DNA of 63,861 nt, the filler included, from Vannella sp. (lineage: Eukaryota): NCBI GenBank assembly GCA_023345925.1. It is 6 parts of 6 records of this genome, joined end to end, with 100 filler letters (N's around TTAATTAATTAA, not from the genome) between each part and the next. Parts side by side here need not be neighbours in the genome. Positions count along the whole stretch, not along the records: positions 1 to 15,289 come from JAJQQN010000947.1; positions 15,390 to 29,897 come from JAJQQN010000120.1; 4 more parts are not named here. One strand, written 5' to 3'. The notes under the pieces are model-generated. The model was not told the DNA's origin. It worked only from the letters and a program-made list of their open reading frames with translations, and did no database searches. Each line of letters begins with the position of its first letter. Within the stretch, counting starts at the first letter, position 1. Shown here one piece after another: positions 10,676-22,118 of this stretch. A program made the translations under genes and the position numbers.

Positions 10676-13064
10676 ATGCTGACGAGGAGAGCTAAGGCCA
10701 CGGTGCAGGTCCTTGTGTATCTGCACGACGTGTTCCCCAGTCATGTCATGCACAAAGGGTGCGCATAGCGACTTCGTGCAAGGGCTCTGTTGACGGGAGG
10801 GGCGGGTTTGAAGGGATTACTTTTTACGTGTTTCGCTGGTGCCTACTCCGGACAACCCCGTGGTCTTTGGACATAAAGTTAGCATCAAGAAGGTTCAAGC
10901 GATCATTAGAGACAGTGGTACGTTGCCCCCTTCTCCTCTGAAAGAGTTCTGATCTCTCCTCACAGACGAGTTCAACACCAAAGCACTACGAGGCGGCAGC
11001 ATGGTCGTACAAAGTACAGGAGAAGCTTTGACTGGTACTGGACCAGATAAGAAACCCGCCGCGGCTAGGAAAGCCTACTATCGCACCGACCGCTTCTCTC
11101 TTCTCTACCCAGGCGAGGTAGCCGCGATCCGCGAGGCTGTAACGTTCGAAGTAACCGTACCTGCTTCCATTCTCATCGATCAAATCGTAAGAGCCCTCTG
11201 CAGTCCCAGAAAACGAACTCATCACCCTCCCACAGCCGGACTTGTTCTCGTTAGAGTTCACCACGTTCTACCTCGTGAATGAGACGGAGTTCGAGCTAAC
11301 GAAGAACTCTCTGTGCATCACAGGGACCAACTTAGAGCGCCTGTCGAGTGATGTCCCTTTCATCATCCCGGGGAAGTCGTTCCTCCGTCTGAACTTGTCC
11401 ATTCGCTCGTGTCTCATCGGACAGGAGATCCGAGCGGGGAGCTCACCACGAGGAATACCTCGCTCTCCTTCCTGGGACATTAACTCGATCTTTTCCGCCT
11501 TCCGAGGGGAGAACCCGGCCACGCTGGGGGCTTATGACGACGGACCTTCACCAAAGGAAAGCGTTGCTCTTCTACGGCAGATGCGGCTGGCACGGGAGCA
11601 TCTATTCGAAGAGCTACTGCCTTCCTTTGTACCAGATGAGCAGATTGAGAGCTTCCGTTACGAAGCTGACGTCCCTTCTGATGATTCGGATGATGAAGGG
11701 AGGATCTACTCTCGAGGGGAGATTGCCTTTAACCTTGCAGAGGTCCTTAGCAAGGAGAGTGAATCCCTAACGTGGCTTTGGTTTCAATTCGTCACCGTTT
11801 TCGCCAGCCGAATCGTTGCAGAGTTCTCGGAGGAGTTCCTCGGAGATATTGAGACCAATTGGCGTAACCTAGTCACGACTCTGCCTCTTCTGACAGACAC
11901 AGGACCGGGGGATGTGGGAGATGACCGAAGTCGCTTCGTCCAAGCGGTGAAGGCCAAACGGGAGGAGCGCGGCTTCCACGAGCAGTGGCAAGTCAGGGAC
12001 GCGCACTACAATCTGGGCTACCTGGATGCGCCTATTATCGCACTAGAAACTCGCTATCAGCCAAAGTTCAAACGCCCAGTGCAGAAAGTGCCAGAGTTAG
12101 GGGATGCTTTGCCACAGCTCCTTGTCTTCGTTCATGGTCTGGGAGCAACGAACGAGGTAATGGAATCGTGTAGAAACTACATGATGGCTGGTGGGGTTCA
12201 AGCATACTTTCTCTTATCCCAAGCGCTGGCTGGCCAAACGAATCTCTCCGTTGCTGAGCAAGCAGAGCGCGTGGCCAAGGAAATCCTCTCTTTCATTGAC
12301 AGCCGCGGTGGTGTCAGCCGAATCAGCTTTATCTCGCACTCTTTAGGCTCCTTGGTGGTGCGGGCGGTGGTTTGCAGCGAACTGTTTGACGATTGGCGAG
12401 GGCGCTTGCACACATTTATCAGCTTAGCCTCACCCCATTTGGGAATTTGCTACGGCAACGACTCCATGATGAGCGCTGCCATGTGGATCTGGAAAAGATT
12501 CTGGGTTTCTGGTTCTCTGAGCTTCGCTCAGCTCATGCTGGAAGACTCTGCGAACCCTTCTGACACATTGCTCTTCCAATTAGCCCACCGAGAAGGTTTG
12601 TTTTCCCCCTTTGTATGATGGCATTGGGTCTAACTTGAAGCGAAGGAGCCGGCTTAGCTGACTTTAAGAATGTTGTTCTGGTCGGGTCAGACCAAGACAA
12701 ATACTCTCCTTTAGAAAGCTCTTTACTTCTATCACCACGTAAGGAGATATTCACTTGATCAGTGACCTAGAATTAACCAAGGTTTGGTTTGGCAGCGGTT
12801 GGGGTGGTGCCACAGGTAAGGGCAGACGGGGTAATCCCTTGGCACATCGTCTATCAGCAGATGAACCAAAGTATTCAACGGCAGTTCATTGCCAAAGGGA
12901 CGCGAGTGGTCAGACTCAATGTCAGCTTCGGGGACGTTGGTGCCAGCAGTTTAAGAAACACTTTGGGCTCAGCCGCTCACGCCCAGCTCGCTGACAACGC
13001 CGCTTTCATGCAAACTCTCATCATCCTCACCAAGTTCTTCTTTTCTGAAGGAGAAAGCCGTTGA
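10676..13064 (+). CDS. FAM135: FAM135-like protein with a DUF676 putative lipase domain
   Basis: Reconstructed N-terminus MLTRRAKATVQVLVYLHD...KGDYFLRVSL; LLVFVHGLGA, ISFISHSLGSL, TFISLASPHLG, FKNVVLVGSDQDKYSP, GSAAHAQL; several GT-AG introns. Confidence 0.8.
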
Positions 13065-13135
13065 GGGATCCTCCTGCCCCTCCCTTGTAGACTATCTTTG
13101 CCAAAACATGTACTTTTACTCGTTTGCTCTCTCTC

Positions 13136-14976
13136 TCACTCCTCATCACTGTCCTCCTCCGCTTTCGCACGCTTCTGAGAGGCACTCTTTTTGCTCTTCC
13201 GCCGGTTCTTCTTCTTCTTGCCGGAAACGGGAGCGGGCGGGAGAATGGACACTCTCTTGGGAGTGTGGCGCGCCGCCTGCTTGTTTGGCTTTGGCAGCAA
13301 AGACATCCACTCTGGCGTGGCCATTCCAGAAGCTCTCATAACATTGACAATGCTCCGCAAAGTCACCAGGTCCTCCGCTGTGTAGAATGAGACAGCCTCG
13401 CCGCTTCGTCCCGCACGTCCTGCTCGGCCAATGCGGTGGATGTATTGCGTGGCAGAAGGAGGAATATCATAGTTGATGACTAGATTGATGCAGCGAAAGT
13501 CCATTCCACGCGCCATCAAGTCCGTGGCAATCAAAACCCAAATGGCGCCGGTTCGGAACTGTTTGACGGTCTTGTCACGCTGTGCTTGTGTGCGGTCTGA
13601 AGTGATCACATCTGTGTTGATGTTGTCATAAACTAGTTCGTGATACAGCTCCATAGCACGCTCCTTGGACTGAACGAAGATAATGGCGGGCGGTTTGAAC
13701 CCTTCGGTGATCAATTGCCGCAATGCCAGCACCTTCCCCTCCTCTTGGCCACAGTAAACGAGTCTCTGTTTGACAGTGTCCGAAGCAGAGTTCTTTGTGC
13801 CCACAACAATGCGAAGAGGCTGGCGCAAGAAGCTGTTCGCCATCTTCTCAACCTCTGGGGGCATCGTTGCACTGAACAGGCAACGGAGAATGGAAGGATG
13901 ACTGCATGCAGCGATGATCTCATCGATCTGACTCAAGAAACCAAGCTCAAAGAGCTGATCAGCCTCGTCCATAACGAGATATTCGATCCTGATCGTTCGT
14001 CAGGTGCTGTCTGGCGAAGGAAAGGAGGTCACGTACGTCTCCAGAGTGATAGATCCTTCCTTAATCAACCTAACAAGACGTAGAGGTGTTGAAACGATGA
14101 TATCTGAAGGGAATGAATGAGAACAAGCAGTGCGAGGCGATCAGGACCTTACCAAAGCGACGGGTAGTATTGTCCGTCTCCAAGGGAGTGGTAGACTTGG
14201 TGAGAAGACAAATACGGAAGCCCTTGTCCTTGCAAAGACGCTTGATCTGTTGATACGTCTGCAAAGCAAGCTCGCGAGTGGGACTGAGCACCAGAGCTCG
14301 GTGGCTCCCCTTCGAAGGGTCCTTCAGAGCCACAAGCATTGGAATGGAGAAGGCTGCAGTCTTTCCTGACCCCGTAGGAGCACAGGCAAGCACCTCCTGA
14401 CGCTCCAAAAGGGCGGGGAGAGCTTGCATTTGGATGGGCGTGGGCGTAGCGAAGCCCAGCTCCTCTTTGATGTTGCGTATCAAGTAAGTCTTGGCTTCAT
14501 ATCGAGAAGAGAGCTCTTCAAAGTCCACAAGAAGCGCTGGGGCCTCTTGATCGGGGGTGCAAACGATCTTGTGCTTGGTTCGCAGTTTCTTGAAAGCCTG
14601 AGGGTGTGTTAACCCTTCCCATGAATCATCTGATAGCAAAGCAACGTACCTTACCCGAGAGAGGCAGGGCTGCGGGCTGTTCATCGTCCAGGCGACCTTC
14701 ATTGGTCTCTGTTGGCCCTTCATCGTCGCCCCCTTCATTCTGATCCTCGCTGTCTTCACTCTCATCACTTAGCTGAGCTTCTGATGATACCACACGCTTT
14801 CTCCGCTTCACAGGAGGCTCCTTCTCCTTCCTCTTCGTCCCGAAGAAGTCCAAAGCGCCAGGAAGCGGAGCTCCTCCCTCCTCCTTCACCACCACTCTCC
14901 TTCCCACAGGCATAGCCCTCTTCTGTCCGAAGCGTGCGCCCGCCTGCAGCTGAAAGAAGATGTCTCCGTCGTTCAT
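13136..14976 (-). CDS. DDX52: DEAD-box RNA helicase DDX52/Rok1
   Basis: PTPIQMQA, APTGSGKT, SPTRELA, DEAD, SAT, QRLVYCGQEEGK, ARGMDF, HRIGRAGRAG; spliced from three ORFs. Confidence 0.9.
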
Positions 14977-15289
14977 CCCTCAAGGAAGCAAACAAATGGC
15001 CTTTACAGCGCACCCTTGCACATTGTGACCCCCATCAGTGTAGTAGAACCAAAGAGGTGTTGTTGAACTGCGTCATGGAAGGAGAAGATGAGCGAGCAGC
15101 GAGCGAGAGTGGAACAACAGTCCAAACCGAAGGTTCTTCTCTTCAAGGCTTCACACCCTCAACAGGGCTCTCTTTGAAGGACTGGAACAGAAGTACCCAA
15201 AGGGAGGACTGATTCTTTCCGTTTCGTCACCTTTAAGAAGGGTATGGACGTCTCTGAACCCTTCCCACCGCGAAAGAGCGCTTCAAGCC

Positions 15290-15389
15290 NNNNNNNNNNN
15301 NNNNNNNNNNNNNNNNNNNNNNNNNNNNNNNNNTTAATTAATTAANNNNNNNNNNNNNNNNNNNNNNNNNNNNNNNNNNNNNNNNNNNN
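15290..15389. other. Artificial contig-joining spacer
   Basis: N-run with central TTAATTAATTAA (stops in all six frames). Confidence 0.98.
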
Positions 15390-16237
15390 TGGAGCAAAGA
15401 AGAAAGGCGGAAGGATTCCCCTTTGATTTGAGCATTCCCAGACTTCAAAGCACTGAGGAACTGCCAAGCTAGATCGATAGTGATGCTATCTGGTCTCCTC
15501 TCTTGCTTGAAGAGGTGATAGGCATCAGACAATTGCCGCAAACTTGAGGAGGTACCGCCAATCACGAAGAGGAGACCAGAGCCATTTGGGGCATACCACA
15601 TCATTCGAATGGGTAAGGACTGTAACTGGTGCTCTTGGACAATCTTTGAAGTGAGGAAGGACAGGTGATGAGTAGCAGTGCGGATGACAGAGTTACTTTC
15701 TGCAGTTCGTTTGCCCTCAAAGAGGTGGAATAGGAACTCTCCATCTTGGTATTGGAGAGGAAGTAGAAGCTGTACTTTGCCTGAGACTGGATGACAACGT
15801 AAGACGATAACCCCCGCCGCCTTGAAGTGCTGCTTGTCTTGCTGGGCAAAATCTCGTCCTTGCGCAACCACGTAGGACTTCTGCAGAATGTGTGAGACCG
15901 AGCAAGACTCGGCTAATGATAGGCTTACCTCGGAGAACAGACGGGGCTTCTCTTCCTCCTTTACCACAGAAGAGGGCTTCTCTACCCTCTCTGGATCTGA
16001 GGAGGAAGCGGGAGATCCTCTTTCAGTCAAGGTATGACTCTGTAAAGCAGAAAGCAAAGCAAGGAACTCTCTAGCAAGGGTACCTTGCCGCGCAGGAGGT
16101 AAGGAGGAAACATAGTATTTGACATCATCCACTTCAAGGAAGCTCAGCTCACTGAATGGTATATCGAGGAACAGTTTGCGAAAGCCCTCACGAGCGGTTG
16201 CATCTTTCGTAGCAGCCCATTTCTCCAGGGCCTCCAT
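15390..16237 (-). CDS. Hypothetical protein with a possibly degenerate Nudix-like fold (3' end cut by contig edge)
   Basis: Long ORF; FKAAGVIVLR...QLLL...FHLFEGKRTAES..IRTA resembles the Nudix N-terminus but lacks REUXEE. Confidence 0.55.
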
Positions 16238-16268
16238 AGGGAGTTCCCACCAACAAAAAAGTGTTGGC

Positions 16269-16346
16269 AGACAACCCTATTCCTAGATCAACCCTATTCC
16301 CAACCCTCTGAGGGAGACAACCCTATTCCTAAATCAACCCTATTCC
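16269..16346. repeat. Direct repeat (2 x 32 bp, each with two CAACCCTATTCC units) in a divergent promoter region
   Basis: AGACAACCCTATTCCTA(G/A)ATCAACCCTATTCC at 16269-16300 and 16315-16346. Confidence 0.9.
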
Positions 16347-16522
16347 TAATGACGATTAAATGTTTTCGCATTTTTCCTTCGCTTGAAATGATCCAAAAAG
16401 TGCCTCGACCAAAACACATGCATATTCCCAACCCAGTTTGCATTATTGGTACCAGGTTGCCAGTCGTATTTCGAGATAATTCAACAGCTACGAAAAAATG
16501 TGATCATTTATTGCAATAAGGA

Positions 16523-19500
16523 ATGATGCGCTTTGATGGGCGTGTTGTGGTGGTGACGGGCGGAGGAGGGGGTTTAGGGAAGGCCTACGCACTGCTATTC
16601 GGATCGCGCGGTGCCAAAGTGGTGGTGAATGATCTTGGTGGTAGTCTGAAAGGCGACGCGCAGACTTCTTCCGCAGCAGAGTTGGTTGTGGCGGAGATCA
16701 AAGCATCCGGTGGAGAGGCCGTTGCTAACTTCGACTCCGTCGAGTTTGGAGAGAGGATCATCCAAACAGCGCTTGACAACTACGGAAGAGTGGACATCGT
16801 CATCAACAACGCGTACGCCCTTCTCCCTCCTCTCTTCTCCCTTCTCTCCTCCCGTCCTCCCGCCTCCTATGTGTTCCATCACTTACAGGGAGAGTAGAGG
16901 AATACTGAGGGACACCAGCTTCGTCAAAATGACGGAGAAGGACTGGCAGCTGGTGAATGGAGTGCACCTTCGCGGGTCCTACTCAGTGACAAAGGCTGCA
17001 TGGGAGACCATGCGCGCACAAGGTTATGGACGTATCATCATGACTACGTCTGCTGCGGGGCTGTACGGAAATGCAGGACAAGCCAACTACAGCGCTGCGA
17101 AGCTCGCTCTGGTGGGGTTAGCTAACACCTTGGCCTTGGAGGGCCAAAGTAAGAACATCCTTGTGAATACCATCGCTCCTGTCGCTGGTACTCGAATGAC
17201 AGCGACCATCATGCCGCCAGACTTGGTAGCTCAATTGAGCCCAGAGTTTGTGGCCCCTTTGGTGGCTTACCTCGCCCACGAGAGCAATGAGACCACTGGG
17301 AAGATCTTTGAGGTTGGTGGAGGATGGATTGCTTGCACTAGACGTGAGCGCACTCGGGGAAAGGCTTTCCCTTTGAGCCGTCTGCTCCTTCCTGAGGACA
17401 TTCGTAATCACTGGAGTGAGATAGTCGATTCTAGCTTCCCAGAGCATCCTACAACAACCCAGGACTTGGGTATTGTGTTGGAGCAGATCAATAAGGAACA
17501 TCCGCCATTCCCTGAACCGCCAAAGGACATGCGCTTCGATGGCAAGGTTGTCGTCATTACTGGCGCTGGTGGAGGACTCGGAAGGACCTATGCTTTGCTA
17601 TTTGGCGCCAGAGGAGCTAAGATTGTGGTCAATGACCTTGGTGGAAGTGTCAAAGGTGACGCTGGAGGGAGTGCTCGCCCTGCAGACGTTGTTGTAGAGG
17701 AGATTCAGAAGGCTGGAGGAGAAGCTGTGGCCAACTACGACTCTGTAGAGTTTGGGGAGAAGATCATCAAGACCGCGATGGACGCTTTTGGGCGCGTTGA
17801 TGTTGTCATCAATAACGCGGGAATCCTCCGTGACCGGAGCTTCTCGAAGACTACAGATGCAGATTGGGACTTGGTTTATGGAGTCCATGCCACGGGCTCT
17901 TATTCGGTTACCAAGGCAGCTTGGGAGATCATGCGAGAGCAGAACTTCGGGAGAATCATTATGACAACTTCAGCTGCTGGGCTTTACGGCAATTATGGCC
18001 AAGCCAACTACAGCGCGGCAAAGTTGGGTATTCTTGGCCTTGCAAATACGCTTGCTGTGGAGGGAAGCCGTCGCAACATCTTCGTGAATACGATTGCTCC
18101 TATTGCTGGAACACGTATGACTGCCACAGTGATGCCTGAGAGCTTGGTTGCTGCTCTTAAGACAGAGTACGTTGCGCCTCTTGTGCTCTATCTCTGCCAT
18201 GAATCAACCACTGTGAACGGAGGAGTGTTTGAAGTGGGAGCTGGATGGGTTTCATCCGTGTCCTGGGAACGCACTAAGGGAAAGCTGTTGCCAATCACCC
18301 CTGAAATGAAACCAGAAGACGTTCGCGCCAACTGGGAGGCCATCAATGACTTTTCTAGTGGAACCTCTCACCCTTCTACCCCAAACGACTCGATTTCTGC
18401 GGTCATCTCTGCTGTCGAAGAGGCCAAGAATGAGGCACCTCTGAAAGAAGGCAACGAGTTTGTCAAGCCCAGCCAAGTTCTGGCGTATGATTTCAGCCCG
18501 CTGACATTCACATACACTGCAAAGGATGTTGCTCTGTACGCCTTATCGGTAGGTGCAGCTGCCAACCACCCAACAGACAGTGAGGAGCTTTCTTTTGTGT
18601 ACGAGAACCACGAAAACTTCCAGGCTTTGCCCACTCTTGGCATCACATTCGCGTTCGAAGTCTTGGCGCAACTCATTTCGGATGCACCAGGGCTCAACTT
18701 CAACCCAATGATGCTCTTGCATGGCGAACAGAATCTGGAAATTCGCTCTCCCATTCCCACTTCTGGCTCTATCACAAGTACTGCCAAAGTATCTGGCGTT
18801 TATGACAAGGGAAAAGGGGTCACCCTTGTCTTGGATGCTACTTCAAGGGACGAAAAGGGCCAAGAGATCTGTTTCAACCAGTTCACGGTCTTCATTAGAG
18901 GGATTGGAGGTTATGGTGGTGACCGAGGCCCTGCACCAGAGGACCTCTCACCCCCTGACCGTAAGCCAGATGCCATTTACTTGGACAAGACAACTGCAAA
19001 CCAAGCGCTCATCTACAGACTGGCATCAGGCGACATGAATCCTCTTCATGCGGATCCTGCGATGGCTGCAATGGGCCGTTTCGACCAACCTATTCTTCAT
19101 GGAATGTGTTCTTACGGATTTGCTGCTCGAGCAGTCATCAAAACCTATTGCCAGAATCAGGCGAAGTTGTTCAAAGGCATTAAGGCCCGCATGACCAAGC
19201 ATGTCTTACCCGGAGAAACTTTGGAGACTCAAATGTGGAAGGTTGGCCCCGGACGGGTTGTATTCCAAGTCAGGGCCGTCGAGCGCGATGTCATTGTGCT
19301 AGGAAACGCATCTGCGATGTTCATAGAAGCTCTAGAGAGCGCTTGTCCTCTTCCTTCGAAGAATCCTGCTTTCGAGTCTGACGCTCTCTTCCAAACCCTT
19401 CAAATGAAAGTCGCCGAGCAAGGAGCCAGTCTTGTCGAAAAGGTGCAAGGCACTTTCCACTTCAAACTGACTGACGGCCCGAGCGGCGCTTCCAAGTCAT

Positions 19501-19774
19501 GGACTATTGACTTGTCCAGTGGTAACGGTTCAATAATCTCCTCTGCCCCCAGCAAGGCCGATTGCACCATTACCCTCTCTGATACAGACTGTGTGGCCCT
19601 CTTCTCTGGCAAACTCAACCCAGTAAGACACCTTCTATCTCCTTCTTAGCTGGAAACTAACCAAATCTCTTCTAGCAACAAGCTTTCATGCAAGGAAAGC
19701 TGAAAATCGCTGGAAACATGGCTTTCGCCATGAAATTGGGCGCTCTCGTTGACGGGGAAGCGGCTAAACTTTAA
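16523..19774 (+). CDS. FOX2: Peroxisomal multifunctional enzyme type 2 (SDR-SDR-MaoC hydratase-SCP2), PTS1 AKL
   Basis: Two RFDG.VVV.TG.GGGLG SDR domains with YSAAK, hydratase YRLASGDMNPLHADP, SCP2 ending AFMQGKLKIAGNM...AAKL*; introns 16813-16897 and 19623-19675. Confidence 0.92.
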
Positions 19775-19875
19775 CAGAAACGCAATGAACCTAACAAGTG
19801 ACTTGAAAGATCCATTTTGACCTGTTTGTCGGGCAAGCAGCATTCTCCCAATGCATTAGACGCTCAAACACCACA

Positions 19876-21625
19876 ATGGGAGAGTCAAACCTCACTAGTA
19901 TGCTCATTATATCTATGCCACTCCAGCAAATAACAAGAAGGTCTCAGAGCCTCCAAAGTCGGCCGGAATCTTCCTTGGAAGATGCGTTGGGACTCCTCCG
20001 GTCACGGGAAGCGGAAAACTCTCTTTCAAAAGATGATTGGGAAAGGAGATTTAGTGTATCTTCCTGTTTTGGCGGGTTTTGGGTCATTTGAAGGGGAGAT
20101 GGAGAGTTGGGGCATCCAAGGATCAGAGCAGGATCGCCTTCTTCATGCCCTTACGAGCTCGTCTGACCGAGATATTGAGGAGATATTGGCAGCACCACCT
20201 GCTCTGTGTTCTCAGAATGATCCCACGCTGTCAGGAGCGCCGTGGTTTGCGCAGTGGGGGAAGGGAGCGCGGATGCGCATCCTTTTGATGATGTTTATAG
20301 CGAGTCTGATGGCCTCATGCTCCCGTAAGACGATCATTAGTACTCTGTTGATGATAGCTTACCCTGGAGGGCTTCAGACATGGTGTACTACCCTTGTATG
20401 GCTCAACTTCTCAATGATATCCCCCACCATTCCCCAAAGATGCTCACTGTGGTCTCCTATGGATCACTGTTCATCTGGGTGTTCTCAACACCCTTATGGC
20501 TGGGTATTAGCGACCGGTAAGCCTCCCCTTCACGGCTCTTTCATGACTAAACAGGGTTGGGGAAGCTTGTCGCGCAAGTGGACGATGTCCTTCGCCCTTT
20601 TCTGCTTCCCTATCACTTCATATCTCCTCAGTATGTCTCAGGCATTGTGGGCCTTCGGCCTCATGAACTCCCTGATGAGCTTCTTCTCAGCCGCCATTCC
20701 CGCCATTTGCATGAGAGTGGTCTTTGAGATCACTCCTCATTCTAACCGGGCCAGTGCAGTGGTAAGTGCTCCATCGAAGCGATAGAGAGCTGGCTGACCA
20801 CAAGGCCAGCCGATGTTCCTGGCAGTGAATGTGTTTGCTATTGGGATTGGTCCTTTTGTTGCCGGAATTATCGCCCAGTGGAGCAGTTGGCGCTATGTGT
20901 ACATGGTTATGGCAGTCTGGGGCACTGGCACATTTATATTGCATCTCATTGTCGTTCCTGAAACTCTCAATAAGGCAGAGGGGAGGAATTCTGCTTTGGC
21001 CGCTCTGGCGGCTTTGGAAGACCGCGGTGAGCTGATTTCAGTCACTCTTCTTCTTTCAATTGCCAGTGGGTTTCTATTTCTTGTGTATCTGATGATTGGA
21101 ACCCTGTTCCCTTTCAACTACAAACTCCAACCGATTGCAATTGGATGTATCTACACGTTAACCGGTATAGCAGTGGGTCTAGGTGCTGCTATTGGTACTG
21201 TTATCTCGTGGCTGCTCCGCAAGAAGTTTGATTTCGGTGGGAGCTTGATCTTACCAATCATTGTCTCCTTACTATTGGCCTTTGGAAGTGTTGTCTTGGG
21301 CTGGAGTCTCGCCGGATCTAGTATTTACCTTCCATTATCAGTTGTCCTACTTTCTGCATGTGTGCGAGGATCAGTCATTCCTGGACTTCTAAGATATTGC
21401 GTCGAGATGCACCCATCATCTGCCGAATCTATCATCGAGTTTATGGCTCTTTCCCAACTCCTCTGCTCCGCAATCTTCCAGATGGCGGGAACAATCTTGG
21501 GCACTTCCTTCAACTATCCTCTCGCATTTGTCGCTATCTCATTCTTGATGGTGTTCTGCTGCCTTCCAGTGGTTTTGTTCTTATTACGTCGACTCCTCCG
21601 TCACAGAAAGGCTTCCCATTTGTAG
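19876..21625 (+). CDS. Major facilitator superfamily transporter (DHA1-like)
   Basis: Many TM helices, GIGPFVAGIIAQWSSWRYVY, VPETL; multi-exon, exact 5' structure uncertain. Confidence 0.7.
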
Positions 21626-21664
21626 GCAAAAGAGACTCTGCTGGATTTAAACCTGAGACCTAAA

Positions 21665-22083
21665 GGTTGATATTACGCGTTCGCACCAAGTTTTTCCGGG
21701 ATCCGCCAAAAAAATTATGATTTTTCGGACGCTCTCCCTCCCGGTTTCTCAGCGTTGAAGGGGCGTGAAAGAAGTCTACTTGGATCAGCATGAATCTAAT
21801 ACAAGCATCTAAGTATTAGTATCAAACTTGTCCACCAGCGTCGAATGGATGAGGAAAGTCAGTCACTTTCTGAAAAAAGTGATGTTTCGGGTACTGACAG
21901 ATTAGTGTCCATCTCTAAGGTAATATAAATGAGATGGTCCTTTAGATACTTGAACACTTGCTGTATGCATATAGTTTGTGATCGCATGGACCATCACACT
22001 AAAGAGATATCGCAAAGTAAAGCTAGAGAAAAAAATTCTTGGCGGATTCCAGAAAAACTTGGTGCGAACGCGTAATATCAACC
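21665..22083. mobile_element. MITE-like non-autonomous element with ~45-bp terminal inverted repeats
   Basis: 21665-21709 matches the reverse complement of 22039-22083 (first 32 bp perfect, 2 mismatches in 45); AT-rich non-coding interior; no clean target-site duplication. Confidence 0.75.
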
Positions 22084-22118
22084 GGTTATATAATAATAAG
22101 ACCTGGTTTTCATTACAA

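Noticed and set aside
16269..16346. CRISPR-like repeat-spacer look
   Set aside because: Only two units, no spacer series, no cas genes, eukaryotic context
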